Shown here one piece after another: positions 51,643 through 62,402 of a DNA stretch of 64,000 nucleotides. The translations under genes and the position numbers were made by a program. The notes below the pieces were generated by a model. It did not search any database, was not told the origin of the DNA, and saw only the letters and a program-made list of their open reading frames with translations. This DNA is from Macrostomum lignano (taxonomy: Eukaryota): assembly GCA_002269645.1 (NCBI GenBank), contig NIVC01001264.1, positions 261,684 to 325,683 on the forward strand, in the 5' to 3' direction. Numbering within the stretch: position 1 is the first letter of the stretch; the number at the start of each line of letters is the position of its first letter.

Positions 51643-52201
51643 TCTATATTCACTTTCATTATACAATCATTTAAATGGAGGAAATGTATGCAAAGGCCAA
51701 AGGGATCAGATAACAAAACTTGGGCTTTTTTCATCAATTTCGTAATATGATCCCCCAAGTCAAAATTTTCTTTGCAAGGGATTGTATATCAAAAATGAAA
51801 TCAAGGTATCGCACTTGTAGATGAAGTAAAGATAGTTCATTCATACTAGGCCTATCTAATAATTCCATGCCTGACCCCTTTCCTCACTTTCGTTTTACAA
51901 TCCCCTTACAGTATGGACAATATTGTTTCACACTATAGTGTATTGGGGATCATATAACAAAAGTGAGGGGGGTTTCAAAAAAGAAAAGGGAGGGATACCA
52001 AAAAAATCACAACTTATTTTTGTGGAATCTCATATTAGGTAGCCTAGACAAGGGGTTAAACAAGGTATATGATCCCTTTCAAACAAATTTTTGACTGGGG
52101 GATCATATTACAAAATTGATGAAAATCCCAAGTTTCATTATCTGATCCTTTTCCATATATTTCTTCCATTTGAATGATTGTATAACGAAAGTGAATATAG
52201 A
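51643..52201. mobile_element. MITE-like element with about 120-bp imperfect inverted repeats
   Basis: 51643-51769 (TCTATATTCACTTTCATTATACAATCATT...TATGATCCCCCAAGTCAAAATTT) is the reverse complement of about 52085-52201. Confidence 0.7.
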
Positions 52202-53589
52202 TACATCCTTACTCTTGCTAAGAATCGTGGCTTGCGCTTGACTTAGCTCAGCTGCAGGGGGCATCAGGCAAATGCAACGAGGAGGCAGAGGAGACTGCCC
52301 ATTCTGCTAGCCTTACGATTAAATAGGGTAATTGCACTTCAAATATACTCCACTGATAGGCCTATGCAAATAAGACTCCTATCTTTTACATAGGGGATTG
52401 TATAACAAAAGTGCCATGTTCTATAGAACAATTTCTATAGTTTACAATTCTATAAAATACAATTACCCCTTACAATTGCCCCTTACAATTTCTATAGAAC
52501 TATAGAACCATAGAACCATATGTTCTATATTGTAAGGGGATCATAAAATGACGAAAGAATGCCAACCCAACTATGTTGGCCTAGGCCTAGTCATGGTTAA
52601 TTATAACTAGGCCTGGTATATTTTTTGGGAAATTAGGCCCTATTCTCCTACTAGGCCTTACCTAACCTACTCTAGAATAAAAACCAAAGTTTGCTTTATA
52701 GGCCTATGCTAGAGTGTATTGCTAGGCTAATATAAAACAAAACCATGTAATTTGCATTATTTGTTGTTAAAAATCAATTGACAATTAGGCTCCATGCAAG
52801 CCATAGGCCTAGTCTATGACTCAGGTCTACAAAATTTATCTAGGTTTTCCTATGCTAGAAATTTATGCAGCACAAATGTGATATATTAACATCTCTGATT
52901 AAAAAAAACTAAATATTGAAACAACTAAGCTTATCGAATTAAAAATTTATAACTTAACCTAGCCTTACTTACTATAAAAATTTAATGTCTTCAGTTTTTA
53001 TGTCATAACTGTCATAGGCCTAACATAACATGTCATAACCATAACCGAGTTAAGTTGGAAATTGGAATGGATCGTCCGCAATAGATCGTCGTTAAGTCGT
53101 CGATGACGCAGCTCGAAGAAGCGGACAAACTTTCAAATATCGATAAAAGGGTGGCCAACAGTGTATTAAAACTTTTATAGGCTTTTTTCCAACAAAAAAT
53201 GAAGTGTTAAGTTTCAAGATCAGTCTGATCGCATAGTAAAAAGTTCAAAGTTTTGTTTTAGTGTGTTTAAACCCGGAACCTGCTGCTTAATTTGTACATT
53301 TGTTTAAAGACTAAAAAATGTTTGATAGGGGGCAAGCTATACCAAGCACTACAACCCAAAAGTGGAAAGAAAATAGACCTGGCATAGTTGCAGGCCAAAA
53401 AAGTATGGCCCAATTTTTTTGGCCGCGGCTGAGGGGGAAGGGCATATGGCTCTCCAATTGCCCCCCCCCTGGATCCGCGCCCCTGAATTTTTGCTGGGTG
53501 TGCACAGATTAGAAATGGTTAGAGAAAATTAAACAGTCATAATTAGGGTTATTCAATGCAATTAAGTTGCATCTGCTCAAACCATGCAC

Positions 53590-53830
53590 TTGCAGGTCTG
53601 GGCTGTAGAAGTAGATCGAGAATGGTCGTCGCGAGCGGGATCGAGCTCTTGAAGCGCTCGATCCTCCTCTCCGGCCAGGAGTTCCCCACCAAACCTAGCG
53701 AGCATTGTACATGTACTTTCCGGGGCGTTGTGATGATGGAGAATGATGCCCCGAGCTCGAGTCCTTTTTTGCGACGCCTGCTGCAGGAGAGAGCGCACAG
53801 CAATTTCTGGCAGGATTAATATGTATCGCC
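53590..53830 (-). mobile_element. Decayed mariner-like transposase fragment
   Basis: QKRTRARGIILHHHNAP resembles mariner KRP..GVILHHDNARPH, and YSPDL follows downstream in a shifted frame. Confidence 0.5.
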
Positions 53831-55742
53831 ATGCGCGCTGCTGCTCTCTCGCCGAAGATTCGATGGTGGGATCCACCAGCTGGAGAGACTAGGCTGCAAC
53901 TACTTTAATTTTGTTGTTCTCTGAGTTAACTGAAGATCTAGTAAATATAAAGCTCATTACCGCTGACAATTCCCAGGCTGAGTTTGACTTGGCCACCATT
54001 GAATTTGCTGCGGGTACCACATGTCCACGAGCCTCCTGATCCAGCTCCGGAGTCAACTGATGGGACACTCATTGCGAGCAGAAATCAATTGCTCAGGTTT
54101 AGCCTTGAGTACAGGGGTCACAGTCGCATCGCAACCTCTGTTTCTATTGGGCCACAGTGACTTCAGGCATTTTTCTTACAAAACCGCGCTATTTCATTCA
54201 ACAGCGCATTTTGATGCAGACGTAAAAGCAACCCTCAGGCAGCAGTGGTGCAGTACACCATACCTAACATTTTGGGGTCTACTCTCTTTAGTAAAAGTTC
54301 ATGGTTGCCAGCACACACTAGTACGTCGCATGATACTTGCACCAGTAATAATCATGCGTTACACCGCATTCCGACACCCAGACGCGTCAGAATTAGGAGC
54401 GGCAGCACCAAGGGGCCGACCATATTATGCAGCTGCACCTGATCTACACTTGACGTAATTGCTGTAGGTACAATAAATGCAGGGTGCACAAGGTCACATG
54501 CACATGCAAACTGATATGCGCATACATTTTGCGAGCAAAATTAATGCAACAGACTGCTATACATTCATTATATCATGTCATGTAAATATCATGTGCATGT
54601 AAAACTAAAAGTACATGTCCTGTTTTGACGCCTAAATATATCCGTCGTCTACCGGAAGAAGAAAAATTACTTGTAATTTTTACATCTAAACTGTACTATA
54701 TGTCTATACAGTATATCTAATCACAACTAAGGACCACTAGAAGTTACCCTTGTATCAAGACGTAGCGTGCTTAGATGCACGCATTGCGGAATTATTTATA
54801 GCCGCTTGTTTCAATTGCAGCTGAAGTTCAATGGTACAACGGGTACCTCAAAAGGTATCATCTAGGTACTAACGAGTAGCAAAAGCTCGAAACATGCCCC
54901 TCAAATGGAATGGCGCCTAAAGCCCGCACCCCAAGAAATCAATTTCAAGCTGTGCAAGAATAGTCGAAGAAAACTGCACCGGAAAGTCAAGGCACCTGCA
55001 GGCAAACCTGTCCTGACCTCTACGGTTGAGTAGTTTGTTTTAAAATATTCAAGCAATTTAATGTATGAGATGGTTTACGGCAAACATCAGAAAATCTCTG
55101 AGAAACTATAGACCATATTTGCTTGAGATTTGACAATATTTGCATTTGGCGAACAATCAAGAAGCCTAAAATGATGACGGCTTGAGCTGGATTTAAGAGT
55201 TGCAGTAGGGCGCCAACGGCAGTACTTTAAACTGCTGACTCTCCCATTCGACCTGCAGTTACCGCAGGTTTCCTGAGTTTTTCCATAGTCAGAGAAAATA
55301 AGACCGAACTCTGCTATAACAGTATACGTCACCGCTACTCTCTATCTTCTCTGCGTCTTCTCTTCTTTCCACTTAAAAAACAGGCCTCAGTGCTCACTCC
55401 GTTTAGCTTGTCCTTTTCTTTAGCATTGGCAGATTAGAACTGATGAAGAGAGAAATTTTCTCACGTGACCATCATAGCTCTACTTTTTCAGCCTACAGCC
55501 TAGAGCTGAGCTGATGGTGCAGCGGAAAAGATTGGATAGAGAATAAAACGCAGGAGAAGCTTTCATGACGACAGACGCGGTCAGCTGCACAGCTTTAATT
55601 GCCAATCGAAAAGAGCTCACACTCCGACAACTAGTACAATTGAGGGCCAAAAAAAACTTTACAGTAACCATAGTCTACTCGTAAAACATTGACAGACAAA
55701 GCTAGACAAGTTTCCTAATCAGGTCTAATAAGATCAAACGCA

Positions 55743-58700
55743 ATGTCGTCGCCAGTGGAGTCAGCGAAGCGCGATCTGGCTCGTGCACTTCGCTCAGAGG
55801 AGCCTCATCGAGTCAAAGCGATACTTCGGTCGCCAGTTGCCGACCTGGCTTGGCTAGACAAGCCGCTAGACAGGTAACTGCGGTTAAATGTACATACTAC
55901 GCACAATCTGTAGAAAACGTTGGGAGCACTGAATATACTGTACCAATACGTCCAGTATTTATAAGCTGCAGTACGCACCTCTAACTTTCAGTTCGTTGCA
56001 GCTTGATAGGGGCTGCAGCATTTTCTGGCAGCAGCTTGAAAACCTGCAGGGTTAAGACCATAGACTATAGCTTCTACTGCTCTAAAGCATAATCTGACTG
56101 ATGTGGTTGCTATGCTATAATGTCTGTGGCACCAAGGGGCACCAAGGGGCTTTAGCACCAAGGGGCTTTAGCACCAAGGGGCTTTAGCACCAAGGGCTTT
56201 AGCACCAAGGGGCTTTAGCACCAAGGGGCTTTAGCACCAAGGGCTTTAGCACCAAGGGGCTTTAGCACCAAGGGGCTTTAGCACCAAGGGGCTTTAGCAC
56301 CAAGGGGCTTTAGCACCAAGGGGCTTTAGCACCAAGGGGCTTTAGCACCAAGGGGCTTTAGCACCAAGGGGCTTTAGCACCAAGGGGCTTTAGCACCAAG
56401 GGGCTTTAGCACCAAGGGGCTTTAGCACCAAGGGGCTTTAGCACCAAGGGGCTTTAGCACCAAGGGGCTTTAGCACCAAGGGGCTTTAGCACCAAGGGGC
56501 TTTAGCACCAAGGGGCTTTAGCACCAAGGGGCTTTAGCACCAAGGGGCTTTAGCACCAAGGGGCTTTAGCACCAAGGGGCTTTAGCACCAAGGGGCTTTA
56601 GCACCAAGGGGCTTTAGCACCAAGGGGCTTTAGCACCAAGGGGCTTTAGCACCAAGGGGCTTTAGCACCAAGGGGCTTTAGCACCAAGGGGCTTTAGCAC
56701 CTAGGGGCTTTAGCACCTAGGGGCTTTATCACCAATGGGCTTTAGCACCAAGGGGCTTTAGCACCTAGGGGCGCCAGCCGCTTTATTTAGTTTAATCCCT
56801 TCTTACTAAAATAGCTTGGTTCTCTTAGTTCGGAATGTACGACTAAACGGATGCATATTGCAATTTAACGTGTTCGTTCACAACAGAGACGGCAGCTGCG
56901 CTCTGCACATCGGCTCCTATTGCGGCCAGGAGGTTGGCGTTCACGCCTTGCTAGAATTCGGCTGCGACCCGAACGTCACCAATCAGAACGGAGAGACTCC
57001 GCTGCACGTGGCAGCCGAGCAGCGGTTCGAGCACATGATCGACCTGCTGGTCGATGCCGAGGCAATCCGGCTTGATGCGGCTCGAAAGCTGGACAGGCGG
57101 ACTGCGCTGCACATTGCCGCCAGTCACGGCTGTTGCGACGGCGTGCGAAGACTTCTGGAAGCCGGAGCTGGCATCGATGTTCGGGATCGGGACGGCAACA
57201 CACCGGTGTTCCTGGCTGTCCAGAACAACAAGTGAGGATTTAGTTTACCTGATGGGTAGCCACGCTTTGTACTTCAGTAGAAGGACGCACCAAAACAAGA
57301 GACATCTTGACAATAATTTCCCGCAGACACCGCGTAGTTCACGAGCTGGTTTCTCGGGGCGCTAATTTGAAGCTGAAGAACAACGGCTTGCAGACTTGTT
57401 TGGCATTTGCCATGAAGCAGAGCCAAGATAAAGCCATGATCAAACTGCTTGTTGAGCGCAAGTCCAACATGGCTCCTCAGCCTGGCACTAGCAGGCAGGC
57501 AGCCGCTCGAGCTACCCGAATTGACAATGCTGCACAGAAGCAACAGTCGATGGCAGGTAGAGATCTGCCTAATCAGGGTAGATTTTTTATGACCGAGTCG
57601 CATAGTAACAAACCTGACCGGCCGAATCTCACACCCAGCAGACAGCTATGGCAGCAACACCCTCAGGTATGGCAGTTTCTAACCGATTGTATAAATCTGT
57701 TCTGTAGTAGGTTTCGATGAGCTTAATTTATTCACTAGCTAAAGGGGGTTGTGGTAGCCCTGTGGTTTGAGCGTCGCCTGCGTCGGAGTCCCGACTTGAA
57801 AGGTTGGGGGTTCGATTCTCGACCCACTCGGAACAGTTTGTGTCCTTGAGCAAGACACTTAACTCTGCATTGCTTCAGTTTACCCAGCTGTAAAATGGGT
57901 GCCAGCATTAGCTGGGGTAATTGAGGGTGTGTGTGGCGACCCCCCCACCCCCAGTCCTTGGACTGAACGCTCAATATCTGGGGCTGAGCTGTCGGTTGCA
58001 CATCTGCCCATTATTAATATTATTATGACTATCAAATCTCATAGCCGCAGACTCGACATCAACAATCGGTCATTCCGGAAGAGCCAACAAAGCATCCTCA
58101 AGCAGCCCAGCACCCTCAGTACCACCAGCAGAAGCAGCAACAGCAGCAACAACAGCAGCACAGGCTTAGCAACGCAAATTACTCGCGCCAACGCGACACG
58201 AAAAGCGCCGGTGTTCAAGCAACCCCGGCCGAATCAGACAAAGAAGATGATGACGAAGAGGATGCATACAGCATGGACAGCAAAATCCGCGGCTTGTGCA
58301 TCATCGTGAACAATCAGGATTACTTCAACTCCGACGATTTCAAAGAACGCGCCGGAACAGATCTGGACGAGAGGTGCTTGGAGCGACTATTTAAATCGTT
58401 GCGCTTTCACGTCAAGATATTCAAGAATCTGGACGCCAAGGATATCTACTGGAACCTCAGCAACTATGCCAAGAGCGATCACAGCGGGTATGACTGTTAC
58501 GTCTGCTGCATCCTGTCTCACGGCACTCTCGGCGGGATCTACGGAGTTGATGGACGAGTGCAGAAACTGTCCGACCTCACCGTGATGCTCAGCAGCACCA
58601 ATTGTCCGTCGTTGGCCGGCAAGCCAAAACTGTTCTTTATCCAAGTGAGTTTCACAGCTGTACTGGTCTCGGCAATCCTCTACTTTCGCACGTTTAATTA

Positions 58701-59556
58701 TTTTTCGAAAATAATGACTTGCCCTTAATTACCGCGAGTAAATATTTGAACTCGCGCGAGTGTACGACGTGGTAGTGTATCGATTTTATGTCTATGTATA
58801 CTAGTTTGAGGCGGCTATTGGCTATGTCTATGGCCAAAACCTGAAATTGCTCTCTGTTCAAGTTTTGGCCTTAGACAATCGCTCCCTGTTTCTTGAGCAA
58901 CAATGGGCCCATGCTAAGGCCCGGTTCAGGGCTATGCATGGCACATCTAAGGCCCTGTTCGACACCCACCTAGATGAGTTTCTGTGGCGCCGTTGCCACC
59001 CGCGCAACACCTTCGGCAAAATACTTTTCTGGGTGGTGCACTACTACGATGTTTAGTGCAACCGAACGTGGTAGCAAACTCGCTCATACCTGAGATGAGT
59101 CTCAAAGTCTTGAAGTTGACCGCCTGAACTTCGAAACCCATGCATCTTTAGGCTTGTCGAGGCCGCTGTCTCCAGCGAGGCGCGCACCATTTCACCGGCG
59201 GTCGGCAAGCCAGCGATCGCGACCCGGCCATGATCCCGATGGCCAACCACGAGACGGACGCGCTGTCAGCCGACCCAGACCAAGAGTACATCCTGCCTGA
59301 TCACGGCGACTTCTTGATTGGCTACGCCACGGTGGCTCAGCACATCGCCCAGCGGCACCGGGAGCAGGGCTCCGTGTACGTGCAGACCCTCTGCGACGTT
59401 ATCGAACGCGGCAGGCACAAGGAGGACCTGCTCAGTCTGCTCACCAAAGTCAAATACCGCGTGTCGAAGCACGTGTTCCACAATGAAGACGGCAGTGTGT
59501 TCGTTCAGATGCCCGAAGTAAAGGAAACTCTGCGCAAGAAGATCTACTTTAAGTAG
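55743..59556 (+). CDS. Ankyrin-repeat prodomain caspase (caspase-8-like catalytic domain), 5 coding exons, about 604 aa
   Basis: Exons 55743-55873, 56887-57231, 57327-57666, 58051-58644 and 59152-59556 join in frame (1815 nt). About 5 ANK repeats (GETPLHVAA, RRTALHIAA, GNTPVFLAV), a Q-rich/acidic linker, p20 (RGLCIIVNN, ERAGTDLD, CCILSHG, CPSLAGKPKLFFIQ/ACRG) and p10 (ILPDHGDFLIGYAT, GSVYVQTLC, QMPEVKETLRKKIYF). Confidence 0.88.
56130..56772. repeat. 16-bp minisatellite (TTTAGCACCAAGGGGC), ANK-caspase intron 1
   Basis: About 39 near-perfect copies. Confidence 0.95.
57748..58030 (+). mobile_element. Same SINE family, full length, in caspase intron 3
   Basis: GGTAGCCCTGTGG...GGGTTCGATTCTCG head, TGTGTCCTTGAGCAAGACACTTAACTC...CAGTTTACCCAGCTGTAAAATGGG core, and an ATT-rich tail. 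Confidence 0.82.
58895..59056 (+). mobile_element. Merlin/IS1595(ISXO2)-like transposase C-terminal fragment in caspase intron 4
   Basis: EQQWAHAKARFRAMHGTSKALFDTHLDEFLWRR...FGKILFWVVHYY* matches the (IE.LW..AK)...HG.S...L..YLDEF.WRR tail of Merlin/IS1595 transposases. Confidence 0.7.
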
Positions 59557-60092
59557 CAACTAAAGCACTTCATTTAAAATCTGCTCAACAATTAATAGTC
59601 TAGTATACCTTTCAAAATTTCCCAATAATAGCATAGCAAAAGCCTAAACAATTCTTGACAATGAAAGCTATCCTAGAAACAAAAATTGCCCCGTTAAACT
59701 TCTGCAACATTTACGGACCCTTTTGAGGGTGATATCCATGTACAATACAAGCTACTTACAATCAGCTATGTGGAGCAATAATGAGTAGAAATCGCTATTA
59801 CATAACGGCTATATGTACATGTATTATATGCATGTATAGACAAAGCTAGCTAAACTGTCTCAGTTCATGTACTTTTAAAGGACTTATCTAATTTGGTAAT
59901 GTCAGACTATAAGGGTGTAAAATAAAAACGCACTTCTATCCCAATTTTTATATATTATTCTTCGACTTTTTAGAGGTTCTCAATAAAAATCCTATGTCTC
60001 GGTTGCAGAGAGCATCCATAAGTATTTATTAAAGTAGAATATTGTTTCATCTGGCTGCTATGCCGTTGCGTCATTACCAATTTGCTCAGTTT

Positions 60093-60672
60093 CAGTCACA
60101 TGTATACAACAACAACAACAACAACAAGGTACTGCTCCCGCCGGCCACGCAGTAGCCAGAAAGGGGGAGCAGTCAGAAAGCGCGTCTCTGGGCCATTGCC
60201 CTCAGGAAGTCGCATCCCCCTGCTTGGTCCTGGGCGCCAGCGTCACTCAGAAGTCGGTCAGGGTATCGCACCGTTCGCCCTTGGCCTCGCCTCCGCGGTC
60301 CCTGCAGCTTGAGCAGCAGCACGTCGTGTAGCGGCTCAGGACAGCGGGCCTCCGACCGGATGACGTGGCCAGCCAGTCGAAGTCGCCGCCGCGCAGCAGG
60401 TCAGAAGGCCGCGTCAGGCGCGCCCTAGTGTAGAGCGCGGCGTTGGTCTCGCTGCCTGGGCCGCTGCGCACTCCGAAAGCCGCACGCAGCATTGCCGCAT
60501 GCGCAGCGTCCAGCTGCCTCTCCAAGGCGTCCGTCAGGGTCCAAGTCTCGGCGTTGTACAACAGGACAGTCTCGACGACTGCCTGAAACAGCCGAGCCTT
60601 GAGACCGTCGTCCAGGGCCTCAGATTGGAGCACGGAGCGCACAGGTCGAAATGCGGCCCAGTCACATGTATA
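60093..60672 (-). mobile_element. 5'-truncated RTE-like non-LTR retrotransposon with 14-bp TSD
   Basis: The minus-strand peptide RLFQAVVETVLLYNAETWTLT...LL(fs)RRRRLRLAGHVIR is typical of the LINE ORF2 post-RT region. It has a (GTT)n 3' tail at 60107-60128, and CAGTCACATGTATA is duplicated at 60093-60106 and 60659-60672. Confidence 0.85.
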
Positions 60673-60724
60673 TAAATTTCTTATCATAGCTATTAATATT
60701 TATAGAATAGTACATACATTTCTG

Positions 60725-60922
60725 GCCCCATCAGTGACATCTGCGTCAATGAGCCTGACAGTCTTCCTGACCCCATCAGTGACATCTGCATCAATGAGCC
60801 TGACAGTCTTCCTGACCCCATCAGTGACATCTGCATCAATGAGCCTACAGTCTTCCTGACCCCATCAGTGACATCTGCGTCAATGAGCCTACAGTCTTCC
60901 TGACCCCATCAGTGACATCTGA
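60725..60922. repeat. 44-45-bp tandem repeat
   Basis: CTGACCCCATCAGTGACATCTGCATCAATGAGCCTGACAGTCTTC repeated about 4.5 times. Confidence 0.85.
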
Positions 60923-61094
60923 GCAAAAGTCAATTTCGGTTTAATTGTCAAATACTATCGCAGAGCTGCATTTCTGCACAAATTTCAATGTACATCTTAG
61001 CCACATAACACAGACACTCCCTCTACGAAACAAAGGCTTATCACATAGGCATAAGCTTTAACACAGAAGCCCCCTTTTCATTAGCTAGATGATC

Positions 61095-61103
61095 TCTCTT
61101 CCT

Positions 61104-61171
<68 letters not shown>

Positions 61172-61640
61172 TCTCTCCAACACAGACTCTTTCTGTCTTC
61201 AACACAGACTCTCTCTCTCTCCCTCTCTCTCTCTACCACTCTCTCTCTTCAACACAGACTCTCTCTCTCTCTCCCTCTCTCTCTCTACCACTCTCTCTCT
61301 TCAACACAGACTCTCTCTGTCTTCAACACAGACTCTCTCTCTCTCTCTCTCCCTCTCTCTCTCTACCTCTCTCTCTCTCTCTCTCTCTTCAACACAGACT
61401 CTCTCGGTCTTCAACACAGACTCTCTCTCTCTCTCCCTCTCTCTCTCTACCTCTCTCTCTCTCTTCAACAAAGACTCTCTCTGTCTCCAACACAGACTCT
61501 CTCGGTCTTCAACACAGACTCTCTCTCTCTCTTCAACACAGACTCTCTCTCTCTCTTCAACACAGACTCTCTCTGTCTTCAACACAGACTCTCTCCGTCT
61601 TCAACACAGACTCTCTCCGTCTTCAACACAGACTCTCTCG
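61095..61640. repeat. (CT)n microsatellite interspersed with CAACACAGACT
   Basis: Direct inspection. Confidence 0.9.
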
Positions 61641-61965
61641 TCAACACAGGAAACGTATTTCAACATGTGTCAACGACCGTAAGAAATCAAAATGAGATTG
61701 GAATGAAAAACTCAAGCTAATTAACAGATATTTTCTGTATGCTTGGAACAATAAGTTGCTGGTAGAAACTAACGTACGGGAATGAGATTTAAATTGTTTA
61801 GCTGTATTTGCCTTTTAGTATCTTTTTAATAAAAACCAAAGATAACCCAATCGATATTGAATAACTGATCGACAACTGAGGATAATTTAGACAACAAACA
61901 GGGGAATTGAATTTAGTTAGTTATATAAGTTGTTGATCGGCTTCAAGCCACACTGATGCATTCGC

Positions 61966-62314
61966 TCAATCGTGCATCGGAAACGTGAACTGGAAGTTCT
62001 TGCAGATGCAATGGCAAACACTTCGCTTAGGCGGCCCGGCCATGGCGCAGGTCGGCACCCTGTAGCAGGAGAGCCGGCATACATTCTGCCAGTAGAGCTG
62101 CGTGTTAACTGCAAGGTGAGGCGAAATCAGATTTATTGAAAGCTACTGTATAACAAAAATATCGAATCGGCAATGTCTTACTCCAGTTGATCGGCCAACG
62201 CTTTTTCATCGACAGCTGCGGCACGTCGTTCTTGCCTTTGGCGCTGTCCGCACCAGTCAGCAGACAAGCCAGCATGGCCATGGCAGCCAGGCAATAGACA
62301 GTAGCAGCCTGCAT
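61966..62314 (-). CDS. Small secreted cysteine-rich prepropeptide (91 aa), 2 exons; function unknown
   Basis: Exons 62314-62182 and 62108-61966, with a 73-nt GTAAG...TTGCAG intron. Translation: MQAATVYCLAAMAMLACLLTGADSAKGKNDVPQLSMKKRWPINWINTQLYWQNVCRLSCYRVPTCAMAGPPKRSVCHCICKNFQFTFPMHD*. It has a hydrophobic signal peptide, a KKR site, six Cys and an upstream TATA box. Confidence 0.68.
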
Positions 62315-62402
62315 GATTGCGTTGCTAGAAATTTGGTCAGCGAGTTTTCTACAAAACTGACAAGTCTGGGGCTGAATAAAACTGTCCCCTGGCTTAAGAT
62401 GT

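Noticed and set aside
55438-55460. CTGATGA...GAAA hammerhead-like core
   Set aside because: No stem II or flanking stems can form.
56816-56886. TTG-started beginning of the ankyrin ORF
   Set aside because: Intronic; a phase-compatible ATG exon exists at 55743-55873.
57748-57830. tRNA gene
   Set aside because: A and B boxes are present but there is no convincing cloverleaf, and it continues into a SINE body found in multiple copies.
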